Positions 23,769 through 37,056 of a stretch of 57,277 nucleotides of DNA are shown piece after piece; the first letter of the stretch is position 1, and each line of letters starts with the position of its first letter. The notes below the pieces were generated by a model that ran no database searches, was not told the origin of the DNA, and saw only the letters and a list, made by a program, of their open reading frames with translations. The position numbers and the translations under genes are program-made. The stretch is from Asterionella formosa (Eukaryota), in assembly GCA_002256025.1 (NCBI GenBank), contig NKIB01013446.1, positions 1 to 57,277 of the forward strand. The letters are read 5' to 3'.

Positions 23769-25024
23769 TGTTGTACAGTATCTGAATAAAGCGAGGAGAC
23801 AATAGCTATAGGTATTACTTTATTGCGATCGACTTTTGGATTTGATAGACGAAGGCTCTATGGAGTTCTGATACTAGTTTTCTCACCCTGTTTGACAAAA
23901 GCAAGAAAAGAGCGCCATGGTAATTGTTGGGATTAACCAAATTCTTCCCCGAATTGCATGAGTACCGGTCGTGGTACCGGTTTGTTTTTCATGATGGTCG
24001 TGTCGATGATGATTGTCAGAATTCGCGATTAGACTTCTAGTTGGCAGAGGAGGCAGTACCTGGTACCGGTAACTGGAAGGTCCTATACACCACTTTCTTA
24101 CTTATGCAAAGATTCAGCTAAATATCTCGATTACCAGACGTGGTTGGAGGAGGTATGTGGATTTTTGAACTCACCATCAAGAGACGATTTTTCCCTGTTC
24201 TTCAATTGTCCTAATTTATGTGTTCCATCCTTTATGTAAACTTTCATACTCGGAGTACCGTACATGATATATAAATGCAAAAAATATTCCGGCATGTACA
24301 TACTGTATTTCATATGTATTATGTCCTAGATAAAGAAATTGAAATTTGCAGCCTTAGTTGAAACACATAGAGATTCCTGATTCCTGATCAGGTTATGAGA
24401 GTGCCAATATATTTTCGTCTCTAGTGACCTGATTAGGAACATGTACCACAATCCACTAGATGATTGAGTCAAGGACACATGGTTAAATATTGCGTGTAAA
24501 ATGCCACAGTTGAGAGAGGAATTTTCAGGAGAAGTTCTCTCTAACCTATTAATTGGACTCTAGAAGACGATCAGACCTAGAGGCCAAATCAATAAATGAT
24601 TGACTAGACAATTACAGATATGTCCGCAACATCAAGGAACATTTTAAAGAAGCAAACTAGATATGATCTAGTTATGATTAACAGGATCATTCTGTAAGCA
24701 GTCTTCGATCAAACAGCATCTGGCCTAAGTTGAGACAGGCCAAGATTAAGACAAATGTGTATTTAGGAAGAGGATGTAGTTTATTCTCAGGTCAAGTTGG
24801 GAACACAAATGAACCTTGCCTCCAAAGATCACCTCTATTTTGAAACATGCATGAGCTTGGAAGTTTCAAAATTATACATTCAAATTTACATTTACATTAA
24901 GCTCACTCTTTTATGAAAACAATTATTAGCAAACAAACTAAAACAAACAAATTGTTGTGTAGAAACATTTTTCTAGCAAATTTTACTGCGTGAGAGCTAC
25001 AGATATCTAGCATCTACCAACTGC

Positions 25025-25095
25025 CTTCTGCTTCTTTTTCTATATTGTACTTGTTAGAGTTATCGCTGTAGACTATTTGTATCCACTCCGAAAAG
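25025..25095 (-). repeat. Dispersed inverted fragment of the terminal ~195-bp satellite
   Basis: Reverse complement TACAAATAGTCTACAGCGATAACTCTAACAAGTACAATATAGAAAAAGAAG matches ~57027-57077. Confidence 0.8.
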
Positions 25096-25359
25096 CTATA
25101 TATGACTGAGCCATATCTTACAGGGTCACAGACGTGCATTCTATAAAGCGCTCGTAAAAACGTCGACGTGTGTATAGATATATGGGTTAATAGTATCAAT
25201 ATGCCGGTATTATAAAAGTGATAAATGCAAACTTGAGAATGAATGATGACAAGTTCATTACTTGTTCAATGGATGCGATGATGTACCGGTAGGCGTCTAG
25301 GCTATCAATACCAGTATTATATAGTTTTAAGGTTTTTGGAAATAGAAATAACTTCCTCG

Positions 25360-27288
25360 TTAAACATACTCTATAGAATCAAACTCATCATCATCAAAGT
25401 CCTCGCCGCCTAGCATACCCTCTCTTTCAGCAACTGCTCGCATAATGGCGGCTTGCATTGGTGTCAAGACAGTTAGACCGCCCAAATCTTTGTTTCCATC
25501 CAATACTCCTACTTGGACAGCACATCCCAGGGCCACTGCCTCATCTGGATTAACCGTTCTCTGAGGGACAACCCCTGTCAAAGCTGCTAATAATCGACCA
25601 ATAGCGGGCATTCGAGTGGCTCCGCCCACCAAGACAACTTGGGAAATAGGCCGACCGCTTATGCCGTCTCGAACCTTCACATCTGTCACCTCGGCGTCAA
25701 CCTTACGCTTTTCTGCTCTGAATTTCTTTTCTTCCTTAGCCATGGTTCGTGCCTTCTTTCGACCATTCTGTTGGTCCTTTTTGCGTTGTTTTGTATCTGC
25801 TACCCGCAATTGAAGCAAAATATTAGGGTCCACATCTTGGACATCTGCAGGCGACGCTATATTTGCAAAGGCAGCAAGCTCAATCCCTTCGGGATCCATG
25901 TAGAAGTCTTCAAATGACAGGTTGCCGTCTCCCTCTGACATAGCCCTTTCCATTTCTTCCTCCATTTCTAAAGCGGCTTCGACCACACTCGGGCGTGCGT
26001 CCCCAGGCAAGAGTGCTTCTGACATGATCGCTACTTCTCTAATTGGCCGAAGAAGCTCTTGGAATTCATTTTTACACAATGTTTCCATATCCTTTCTGGT
26101 GAAAACGCAGAGAACATGGGTTGTATTGCATGTTCCCTTTTCTGTTAATTCTTCGTCCAGGGCTATGGCATCATTTCTTGAGACAATTATATCTTGTGCC
26201 TGCATTAATGTTTCCCACCCATTCTCTGTTAATGGGAGAGCCAAGGGGACCTTACGATTATTGCTCAAATGTATTCGAACAGCTTCAGCTGATCGCACCA
26301 TGGCATCGGCAACTGCACCTCCACTGTTCAAATAATTTCGTTTCGCCCCGTGGTCTCGCATGATCTTTGAAAATTGCTGTGCCACCCTCAAATCGAAGTC
26401 CGCTCCACCAAGATTTGTGTTTCCTGAAGTCGAAATCACCTGGGTCAATCCACCTCCAACAAGTAACATGCTGACATCGTATGTGCCGCCACCAAGATCA
26501 AACACGAGGACCAACTCATCCTTGTCGCCTTCACCGAGCTGCTCCCTGCCAACACCATATGAGAACGCTGCGGCTTCTGGTTCTCGCAGGAGTCGCACCT
26601 GCTCCACACCGGCAAGTTGGCAGGCACGAATCGTGGCGTGTCGTTGACCGTCGTGAAAATAGGCGGGAACACCCACAACGGCACGGGTGACGGTCTGGTT
26701 CGTCTCTTGTTTGACGGCGTCGAAGAGTTTTTTCAAAATGTGAGACGAAACGACTTCAGGTAGAAGGCTTTTGCTCTGGCCTTCGAGAGTAGGTAAATTT
26801 AGTAGTGCGGGGTCTTCGATAGACTCTTGAATCCTTGTGGTGAGGGAAGGTGGCTTGTTTTTGTACCACTTGCTCGATTTTTTGGGCGCGACATCCGGAA
26901 GAATTAGGTTGGGGACGACTTTACAGACTGCAGCAGCTTCTCGACTTCCAATTCCAATCACACGCTTGAAATTACGGTACGTACTGGATGGATGGTCTAC
27001 TTCTAGAACAATCGCTTCGTGTCCAACCAGGACTGATCCATCGCTGTGGAAATGAACGACCGATGGCATGGTCCGCCCGTTGTTGGGAACAGAGATGATA
27101 ATCGGAATTCCATTTTGTAAAATTGAAACTGCCGAATACGTCGTTCCTAAGTCCACACCAACTCCAATTCCTTCGTCATTTTGGTACAATCGAGATGATC
27201 GAAACGAAACTGGACGCCGCTGAAACTGAGATGACAACGGCAAAGAACTCAAGGAGAGTTGCAGGAGCAGAACGCTTGGTATTCTCAT
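25360..27288 (-). CDS. Atypical Hsp70-family protein: ATPase domain only, with N-terminal presequence
   Basis: GVDLGTTYS, VPAYF, EPEAAA, FDLGGGTYDVS, LGGADFD, VVLVGGATRMP, NPDEAVALG; ends about 50 aa later with no substrate-binding domain. Confidence 0.9.
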   Translation of the reverse strand: MRIPSVLLLQLSLSSLPLSSQFQRRPVSFRSSRLYQNDEGIGVGVDLGTTYSAVSILQNGIPIIISVPNNGRTMPSVVHFHSDGSVLVGHEAIVLEVDHPSSTYRNFKRVIGIGSREAAAVCKVVPNLILPDVAPKKSSKWYKNKPPSLTTRIQESIEDPALLNLPTLEGQSKSLLPEVVSSHILKKLFDAVKQETNQTVTRAVVGVPAYFHDGQRHATIRACQLAGVEQVRLLREPEAAAFSYGVGREQLGEGDKDELVLVFDLGGGTYDVSMLLVGGGLTQVISTSGNTNLGGADFDLRVAQQFSKIMRDHGAKRNYLNSGGAVADAMVRSAEAVRIHLSNNRKVPLALPLTENGWETLMQAQDIIVSRNDAIALDEELTEKGTCNTTHVLCVFTRKDMETLCKNEFQELLRPIREVAIMSEALLPGDARPSVVEAALEMEEEMERAMSEGDGNLSFEDFYMDPEGIELAAFANIASPADVQDVDPNILLQLRVADTKQRKKDQQNGRKKARTMAKEEKKFRAEKRKVDAEVTDVKVRDGISGRPISQVVLVGGATRMPAIGRLLAALTGVVPQRTVNPDEAVALGCAVQVGVLDGNKDLGGLTVLTPMQAAIMRAVAEREGMLGGEDFDDDEFDSIEYV

Positions 27289-28480
27289 TTCGCTCTACAT
27301 CAATTCGAACAAGAGAAAGATAGCAATGACGAGGATGCTGATGAATCGAGTGGTAGTGGAGGGTGAGAGTAATGAGTTTCGTTTACCATGGACAGTGAAA
27401 TACTGATGATTTTTTCGAGATGGATTCGAGTTGTATTGGAGGTTGAAAGTACACGCCATAATGTCAAGAAAATACCCGTAGCATCAATGCGTATAGTAAT
27501 GAGTCACAAGGGACTCGACTGCAGTCCAATGAGTCAAATGGTGCGTTCCCATGTCAAGAAGCTTGCTAATGAGATTGATGTTTTAGATCAATCAGAAGAA
27601 GGTTTACATCAAAGAAAAGGTTCTCAAAGTTTGATGAATGGGATTGAAACTTAGTTTTTAGTTTAGTCTTCTTATTAAGAAACAGGAGAATGGACAGAGT
27701 AGTAGCTACTAACAAGGAGGTCAATAGCGAAAACTAGCACAAAAGAAGGCTAGCAGCAAAATATAAGACTACTTGTAGTACAATACATAGTTAAGAACCT
27801 ACTTGAGAGTTCATGAGACAGGAAGGAGTACGAGAAATTTTAACAACCATACTACCAAGGAGGATGATAAGAAAATTGCCGTACTACTTACTTAGCTAGT
27901 AGTAGCTAGTAGATGTATTTATATGGGCTCAGCCAGCAGGGTAATATAAACATGCCCAATCCATACTAAATGATTCATACAGAAGCTTTATTACTAATAA
28001 TTCATACTTAGTATGTCATGCTTGTCTGAGCATTTCGATGACCATGCATGTGGTAGTACTGCTGGTAGGAGACTTGGCTGGAACGAGGAGGGGTGAAGCT
28101 ATAATGAGGTCAATTGGCATGGATATAAACTTAGGATGAAAAATCTAGAAAAAATTAGGATTTTGATGAAGAGATCGTAGATGGGACTGCAAAGAGCTGA
28201 GGCTTCCTTCAGCCAGCTGCCTCAGTCATCCCACCACCAAGAGAAGGTCCTGCCTGATTGCCTTGGAACAAAAAATGGAAGGAGTGCTTTTGACTTTGAC
28301 AGCACAGGGTAGAATCAGGCATATTTCTGGGATTCGATGGTTCACTGTCGTTGGGGTGATGCCAAACAATCAACAGCAAAATCGAAACCATTTTTAATAC
28401 TTCTATTCGCTCATTGGGTACATGTACTCTATGATTTCAGGCCATGCTAGTAATGCGTTAATTTTTCTAGTATGATATTT

Positions 28481-28482
<2 letters not shown>

Positions 28483-28511
<29 letters not shown>

Positions 28512-28512
28512 T
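28483..28512. repeat. (CAT)n microsatellite
   Basis: About 10 CAT units read directly. Confidence 0.9.
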
Positions 28513-28802
28513 TATTCTCATTATCTTCAGAATGCGTGTTGAAATCTTCTACACACCCATTCCTGATGGTCAGACCCTTGGTTTGATGGCCAGCAACAAT
28601 GACCACCGTCTGTAAATAAAAACTATCATGAATATAGGATCAAGGGCATTGTACCCTAAGTGGCACAGGATTTTTACATATATGATAGTTTTTCGATCAA
28701 AAATACGATCAATGTATCATATAATTATGATCATGCAGTAAATCATGCAGTAAACTTTTACCGAGCTTTAATTATGATGATACTATCATAGTTATAATAC
28801 CT

Positions 28803-29556
28803 TTGCATCATATAATTAGTTAAACATTGTCATATGATGTGTATTCTTTTGTCATACATCTATCTTTGCATGATCGTAATTCTCATTGATATAACTGTCT
28901 AAAATAGGATGAAATTGATCGAAATTTAGAACTATATTTAAGAATGGTTTTATTTTTTTATATCTTGAGTGGCTACAGAATGTTCTACAATGCTCTCATC
29001 GCAATGTTTGGTGCTTCAGCTTTCACTTCCACCTTGTTCCCCCCAATCCAATTCTGAAGGTTGTTGTACTGGTTGCCTTGCCGTTGTTCCCCTGCTTTGT
29101 TCCATTTACTCCTGACGGATCTGAGTTTGCATTCATGCATTTTCCTATTACTATTGAATCCGTTTCGTTGTTCCAATCAGCCATTGCATCATATAATTAG
29201 TTAAACATTGTCATATGATGTGTATTCTTTTGTCATACATCTATCTTTGCATGATCGTAATTCTCATTGATATAACTGTCTAAAATAGGATGAAATTGAT
29301 CGAAATTTAGAACTATATTTAAGAATGGTTTTATGTTTCTATATCTTGAGTGGCTACAGAATGTTCTACAATGCTCTCATCGCAATGTTTGGTGCTTCAG
29401 CTTTCACTTCCACCTTTCCCCCAATCCAATTCTGAAGGTTGTTGTACTGGTTGACTTCTTACCCTTGTTCCCCTGATTTCCGTTTATTCCTGACTGATCT
29501 AAGTTTGCATTCACGCATTTTCCCATTACTATTAAATCCGTTTCGTTGTCCCAATC
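28803..29556. repeat. Tandem duplication, 2 units of about 380 bp
   Basis: TTGCATCATATAATTAGTTAAACATTG begins at ~28803 and ~29184; first ~250 bp almost identical, distal part more diverged. Confidence 0.92.
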
Positions 29557-31391
29557 ATACTAACAAAGAGAATCAATTCATTGTTAGCTGTTCATTTTCT
29601 GCTTACACAACAAGATGCATCTTGCTTCTATCTTCATTTACTACAAATTGAGGAAGTAACTGATGCAAATTTCTGTAAAATAATGTGAGTGTCAGTTGAA
29701 GATTTAATGAGAAAGTATCGGTCAATAAATGGGTTCCAACACTGCTGTTTGTAACTTACAAATACTGTTTGTCTACCATTATCCTGAAGGAAGCAACACA
29801 CATGTGTCAGTTTTTCTAACAGTTCTTTATTGATCCAAAGATGATAGCACTTACATATTTCTTTTGTCCGCATTGATGGTTGATCACCAAATCGAAAAGG
29901 AGCTATTGATCACTGAAAGGGGACGAGTGATTCCGTTTTTGTAATCCAAACAATTGATCATCCTGGCATTTGCTCTTGATAAACCGTGATGCTATGCACA
30001 GCTTGTTGATTCCACCCTTCTCCATGATCATATTCACTCATTCTTAGCCGCATGGTGTATCATGCTGGTGTTGTATTGTCACTTCAGTTTTTCGCATCAT
30101 GTGTTGCTTGAGATCCTTCATTTCAGGAAGTGAATGCATGACAAGGAACATGAAAGGCATTTGCTCTTGACTTACCATCAATTGATTCCGCCCTTCTCTT
30201 CTAAGCCTCAAGTATCATTGTGCTGTATTATCACTTTCATTTTCAGTGTCATCATGTGTGATGATCCTTCATTTCAGGAGCAAAGGTGTATGCATGACAA
30301 GGAACATGAAAACATGATTTCAAATTTTTCAGCCATGAATACATCGCTCTATATAAAGATTTGTAAGAAGTTTGAATGTATATATATAGTTGAACATTTG
30401 CATAGTTTTAAACACGCTCATTATACAGCACATCCTGTGTATACTGATATCAATTTTGATTATACATAATTCAAATATATACAATGCATCATGATTTCAT
30501 AGTTTTCCACAACCTGTTGAATTTTTTCAATTTTTTCTGTCAATTCTTGTACCTACAAGTCAGTGGCTGATTTAATTAAGCCCCTTAATAAACGGGAGTC
30601 ATCACCAATTTTTCAAAAGGTCGAAATCATACATTCATGTACATAGACATATTGACCAAAATTCATATGGCCTACGGGTAGTACTGTATAATTGCTGGGA
30701 ATTACTTCTATCATAGAAATACTACAATAGTGCAGCGGAAAACTGAATATGCTCATGTGTTTAGGATCATTTGATCATATTTTTAAGATTAATTAATCCT
30801 GATTCTTGAAAATAAAATTTGATCTTTCATTTTCTCATCAACGACACCTTTATCATATGATCAATATAGGATAAACAAATAAAAATTTATTGATTAAAGA
30901 TCATAGTTTTATACCGGAGTAGTTGCCGGAGTAGTTGCTCATGCATGCAACCCCTTCCCCCCTGTATACAGTGTGGAAATGATAATCCCCAAGCTACCAA
31001 ATTTTTATGTCTTGTAAGAATTATCGCAGCATGCATGCATACATGACTCCTACTGGTATACAATGCGGAAATGATGACCACCAGACTACCAATCCTATAG
31101 GTCCTGTAGAATTATCGCAACATGGTTGCATATCTAATTAAAGGGCGGGAGGAGTCATCCATGCTGCACCGCCTGTATAGTATGAAATATGGAAATGATC
31201 AAATATAGTCTACACCGGAGCAGTGCATCATATATGCCCTGTTATTTTATTTCCTATGAAATCTCTTGATCTGTTCTGCGCTTTTTCGCCACTTTTTTTT
31301 CATTGGCTGTTTCACTGGACAGCATTCGAATTGATTGTGCTTCGAATGAAGCAATGATCAAAGTCCACCCCATTGCAGAATGGTGAGTCTC

Positions 31392-31516
31392 AAAACTATG
31401 TATCAGCCAGTGGATTAAAATGGTACTGTCTTTTGTGCACCCTCATTGTGTTAAAAAACTATGTATCAGCCAGTAGATTAAAATGGGACTGTCTTTTGTG
31501 CACCCTCGTTGTGTTT
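31392..31516. repeat. Tandem duplication, 2 units of about 63 bp
   Basis: AAAACTATGTATCAGCCAGT.GATTAAAATGG.ACTGTCTTTTGTGCACCCTC occurs twice. Confidence 0.85.
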
Positions 31517-33599
31517 GTACTTGACTTGGAAAAAACTGTCAGCCAAGAGCAGCCATGATGGTATGCCACCATTTTTTTGTCTATACGAGTTTCGAATGCA
31601 TTCAGCTATGATTACTTTTGCTCCCCCCTCCTAAACACTATCTCACCACCCTTGTCATAGATTTTCTTTCTCCTTTGGCTAACCCCGATTTTCCTCACAT
31701 GCTCCACACATTGACTTCTTCATTGATGAAGTCGAGGTAGCTATATTGATGTCAGGTGGCGCAGGCTTGTGTATTGATTGATGATGCCGAAAGCATTGTT
31801 TCCTTTTCCCGTAGGTACCTATTTGTCAACATTGTTTGGGTCAATCTATTATTGTTCCCGCAATACCAGAAGCAATTATACCTTTACTTCTCCTCCCAAG
31901 AACCTTCATTTCGCTTTCATAATTGTACTGATTTTTTTTAGTTCTCTTTTGATTTTTCCACTTGTTCCGATCCCTTTTGCATTCAAGTCAAGAAACAAGC
32001 AACTCATTGAGCTTTCTGGAGGTTTTGGTCAGTGGCACCATACAGAAACAATCAATAGATAATGGCGGCTGTTCTCCGTTTTCTGTAGCAAGTGACATTC
32101 AAGAAGGGTCTGGGATCATTGGGGAGAAAAATTAGTAGGCTTCTCTGTGTTGGCCCCCGCCTGTATGGCATTCTACTATTGCTTCTTCTCAATCAATACT
32201 ACTAGTATAGCTAATGAAAACTGTAATTAGATGAAATGTGACTTCCGGTTTCTAATATTTTACATTGTTGCACTACTGAAACTTGAATCCATAAATGGGC
32301 ATTCAACTTGTGCTTCTTGCATTTTTGCAGTATAGACTGACTGGTGTTCGATAGGCCAAAGTGTCTCGCTTTTCATGAACATCTACAAAGTACTAGTGCT
32401 TTTGTCGAGGTTTGTTTCTAAATCCAACTGCTGCCATCCATTGAACTAGTAGAACGATGACAAAGGAAATCTGATGAGACATGAAAATTACGAAACCAGA
32501 ATCACTCTGTTACTATAAATAGACAGTCTGATGCTTCTTTGTCCATATCGCCTGCTATGCTGCGTTTCAATTCTAGATGTATTACGTTCTTGTTAGAGAG
32601 ACGATGTTATGGAGAAGTAGATTGTGCTGTTCTATAATGGATGCTGTTTAACTATGATTGAGGTTGTAACACTGATTGATGCTCTGGTGACAGACCGGCC
32701 GGAAATATTCGTCTTGTGTGATGAGCCATTTCGTTTTCATTGGATTTCTTTTCAAGCTCTTAACGGATTGCATACGAACATACTGTGCAATGTAGAGGAT
32801 GATTCATCGAAGACATATGATGACTTGAACGACAAATGAAGATTTTATCACAAACATTCGTTCCTCTCGACATGGCTGCTTCGTCGTTGTTGCAAGAATC
32901 AGAGTGAGGGCTGGTGAGGATGATGAGCCAAACCACATTACTTTCTTAACTGTTACATTATCCTACCAAGAAATTTAAATAAAGGAACCTAAAAGAAAAA
33001 ATACATATAATAATTCAATTTCCATAGTCAAAAGGGATTTCTATTTAAATTACGAGGGCATTTATCAAAATTATTAGATGATATAACGAAAAATTATGAT
33101 CAGAGGATCATAATGATGGTTTTTATTTGCAGACGACAGTTGCGCCCATAATCTTTGTTGCAGATCAAGTGTGAAGGTTGGCTCTGTGGTTTTCTTCTCT
33201 TTGTGCACAGTGTTGGACGAGCGAGATCCTACAAGAAATCGAGGACGCTATCCTGGTGACAACATCCATCCAGCCAGAAGGTCAAAGGTGCAATGTTGGA
33301 TATCTTTCCAAGAGAATCGCGCACAACAAAGTCGAGCAAGTGCAGTATGTTAATAAAAGTAGCTAGTGCTGTGGTGGATGAAGTTCTAAAAGACTCTATG
33401 GAGAGTAAACAAAAAGAAGAATGAATATGCGAGGTTATGGAGTTGCAATATTTACGTTTTTGATATAAGGGTCAAAGTCGAGGATGCTGTTAAGGAGGAA
33501 ATGATCACTGAGATAATAGCAATTCTACTTCTGTCTAGATAAATAAAATAGTATAACAATTAACAACCAGTGCTAGTATATATATGAAGGGGAATGTAT

Positions 33600-34570
33600 T
33601 TGATTCAGCAATGCAGCCTTCATGGCGCCAGAGACGCCGCTTTCCCAATGTGAGGAATCTCATAGCGGTTGTCACATTTCGACAGAATAATCTCCTCCAA
33701 GCAACCCTGTATTGTTAAAAAAGAACAATATTATTTCCTTGCATCAAACGTATGGAATGCTGCCTGTACTGCCTCCATCAAACCATCGACGTAATCATTC
33801 GCTTCTTCCATTGAGTATGATTGACCTGACTGTAATTAACTAAAAAGGATAGATCATTGATATTGAAATCTGGACCGCTTGCTGGTTGCTTAGTCAATCA
33901 AATATCCTAGCCTTCATCTGTTGCAGCTCTACAAAGGGAGTACAATTGGAACCACAGCATGTTGAAGCATTGTTGTGCTGTAGATATAGTATTTGTTTTT
34001 TCATCAGGTCACTTCGCTTTGAGCATAGGTAAATTTTGCGGCAAAGCAATGCAAACACGTCAGCATCACCATTGTAATAGGATTCGAACACGCAGTTCCA
34101 TATACTTTGTACAGTTGTTTTATCTACTTTGAACCATCCTGCCAAATATTTAACGGTTCCATGCACTCAAATGAGCTGACTGTCCATTCATCATCTCCAT
34201 CATTGGGTCCTCTTTTGAGGCTTGGGAAACCATACTCCAACACAATTTGACGCTCTTCTAGTGTTAGATCCTTTTTAATATGCTTGTTGAGAAGAGATGG
34301 TAGCAAGAAAAAAAGGAGGGGGGGTCTGTCATCTGCATTTCGCTCAAGATGTGCAAGAAAGGAAGTCGAAAAAGCAGAATAATGTTTTTTCATATGTTGG
34401 CTGTGTCAATTTTAATTTTAGTCTTTCTAGATATACATATCATATGCATGGATCTGTAGCTGAGAGAGCAAGTCACTCAATAGGGAAATTGAGCCGGAGA
34501 AAATCGTACGAGTCCAAATAACCCTGGATAAATTTGAATTATCGATTTAACTATTATTGGACGGAGGGGT
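33600..34570 (-). mobile_element. Plant-type (DD39D, Stowaway-related) mariner relic, internally deleted
   Basis: HTH-like GTVKYLAGWFKVDKTTVQSIW; KQPASGPDFNINDLSF resembles QPPNSPDLNxLDLGFF; end TGGACGGAGGGGT|TA (34558-34572) resembles the Stowaway TIR CTCCCTCCGT. Only one TIR found. Confidence 0.7.
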
Positions 34571-34997
34571 TAGGTAGCATACCTGTGCGAGGACGATCGG
34601 TATTTACGTTTGTATGATACTTTGTAATGTGTAATATTATATAGGTATTCACTTTTTATTCGACAGAGAATGCTACCCGTAGTGGAAGCTAGTGCACTAG
34701 TAATTTACTAGCACACTGTACAAAGCTAGCACCTGATCATGAACGTTTGCATATCATCAGTACGACTATCAGGAAGGAGTACCAGGTACCCTGGTACCCT
34801 GGTACCAGGGTACCTGGTACTTCGTCGTCCAATGCAAAATACCGGTATACATACATATGTGTACAGTGATTATTAACTCTATGTACATGTACAATACATA
34901 TTAACACATCAGTAAATGAAATCAAATGTATAACAACATTAAATGGAAACAATGAGAATGTAATAACGTGCATGCTAGTTAATGTGGTAGTAGTTAA

Positions 34998-37056
34998 CTA
35001 AATACGTAGTTGTGGCTTTCCACCTGTGCATCGATCAATAAGCATTTTGTTGATTATTTGGGTCACTGAAAGTTCTTGACCATACACCTCATAGATTCTG
35101 TCAATCGCTGTCTGAGCACTGTAACCACGTCTAATCTGCTCTGCAACTGAATCCCATACAACCTTGCGCCGATAATAAATGAATTTATTCCTCCCCCTCT
35201 CAACCCTTGTAAATAGCCTGGCTGCCTTTCTCCCTGCAATTCCGACTTCAAACTCCTGCCGTAGAACAAACAGTGACTTTGGAGTCTTGCTGAGACTACT
35301 GTTATAGGCTGGAACCATAAAAGTCAGCTAGCAAATTGTCACCGGCTTGTTCGTTGTTGATTTGTCCCTCTACATCTGCATCAATTCCAATTGTAGTTGG
35401 TGCTGTCTCAGCCAATGGAACCACCGCAACTGTAGGAACACTGGAGCCTCTAAACCTTTGCCCTGGTATCCTTGAGAATCTGTTAAAAGCCGTGCTGAGC
35501 TTGCGGATATCCTTTGCCATCAATTCGACTTGTGCCTGCAACTGCTTCACATCCCTTTGTGTTTCCTTCTGTTGACTGTACAGCCCAAGGAGCTCGTTCC
35601 TCTGCTGACTAACTCGGCGAATTTCTGTCCCTCTTGCACCTGTGAGTCCTACTTGCGCCACAACACCACCACTTCCATCCTCCTGTCCTCCAACTGTGTG
35701 CATAAATTCAGCATCAATTTCATCAATATACAGCTCCGCCTCTGAACCAGTGACAACAACCAACCGTTTCTCGGCAGGATTTTTGCCTTGTGGTAGACGG
35801 CGAACAAATGCGTATGCCAACCGAATTCGGCGCGTCAGTGCAGGTGGTAGGTACTCTTGTAGGGTTGACTCAAAAGAAGCCCACAAAAGTGGGCGGGCCA
35901 ACGTCAATGCTACAGCCCGTGGATACTGTAGGGAAATATTTGGAACAACAACATATTCCAGAAGCCACTCATCCAAGAGTCCGCAATTCTCAACAAGGAC
36001 ATACTTACATAGTCCTCCAATGCAAAGAGAAGCTGCAACCTTTGCATCAGGATAAGGAAGCTCCACATCAATGTAAGTATATCAATTTGTTTCTTTGTTC
36101 GTTTCCAGCGCCCTCTGAAGTCAATATCGTCTCGCAAGCAGCCGCATCGTCGTGAATATGTCGATGGATACTTTCGTAGACTGTGTGTTCCAATCGGACC
36201 ACTATTTAATCTCTGGAACTCACCATTGTTCCATTCCTCCTTCAGGATCTCAGATGCCCTCTTTTTCGCAACTGTTGGATTGTTGGTTTCAAGAGGGAAG
36301 ACCCAGGGATTTTCAGGGGATGCGCCTCTGTCCATTGATTCCGTCTCAAGATGGATCGACATGGAAAGAAGAACACAATAGAGCGGCGATATGGCTCCAA
36401 GGAGAATTTGTTTGGGTGCCTCTCTCTCCTCTTTCACATTCTTAGACCAGCACAGCTGGCAGATCAGAGCAAAGGGGAAGCGCACACAGGGCAGTACATT
36501 TTCTTTTTTTAGTTGACAACAATCATCAATGGGGCCAACCATTTGAAACTGGAATGTGCAAAGTGCAGGCATCTGGTAGCGCCGGACGCCATCAGAGCAT
36601 GATTGAAGGCAAGTAGTAATAGTGTTGGTGAACTCATCTGACTCCAGAGGCCGTACTGCTGCTGATTGTTTCCCTTGTTTTCTCACCTCTTTCTTTTTCA
36701 CTGCCTTTATCAGTTCGTTGACAGGAATTGACCTGGTTGGGTTGCCACACCTGATGAGACTATTCCAACTGAAAAGTTTGTTTGGCATAAAGTATGACAG
36801 TGCTTTTTTAATAGTACTGCAGGGAAGTTGATCGGCCTAATGTTGGATTGTCATCGCCATTTGGGTCTGGACAACCATACACTTTAAACGCCATCCATTT
36901 GTAGATGTCCTCTGGCTGCAATTCACCTAGCTGCTCTTGACTAAATTCAAAGTTGAAATCATAGTCCATTCCATCTCTATAGGACATCATAGCAGCTAGT
37001 ATCCTCTTATATTGAGCCCATTGTTGAGGCTCGTTCATTCCTCTTGTCCTTGTCAT
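34998..37056 (-). mobile_element. Crypton (CryptonS-like) tyrosine-recombinase transposon, pseudogenised, with C-terminal GCR1_C-like domain
   Basis: KALSYFMPN, GNPTRS, GTHSLRK, RGRWK, catalytic Tyr in TYIDVELPYPDAKVA; C-terminal LSKTPKSLFVL.QEFEVGIAGRKAARLFT..YYRRKVVWD. Stop at 36808-36810, frameshifts near 36080 and 35310. Confidence 0.85.

Larger units (their letters stand above)
28606..33136. mobile_element. Old non-autonomous TIR element (~4.5 kb), tentative
   Basis: CCGTCTGTAAATAAAAACTATCAT (28606-28629) vs ATGATGGTTTTTATTTGCAGACGA (33113-33136): 21/24 inverted match. No transposase inside; TSD degraded. Confidence 0.5.

Noticed and set aside
24354..24870. Another solo LTR starting AGTTGAAACA and ending GTTTCAA
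   Set aside because: Termini resemble the 54821 LTR but I see no internal similarity, no second copy and no TSD.
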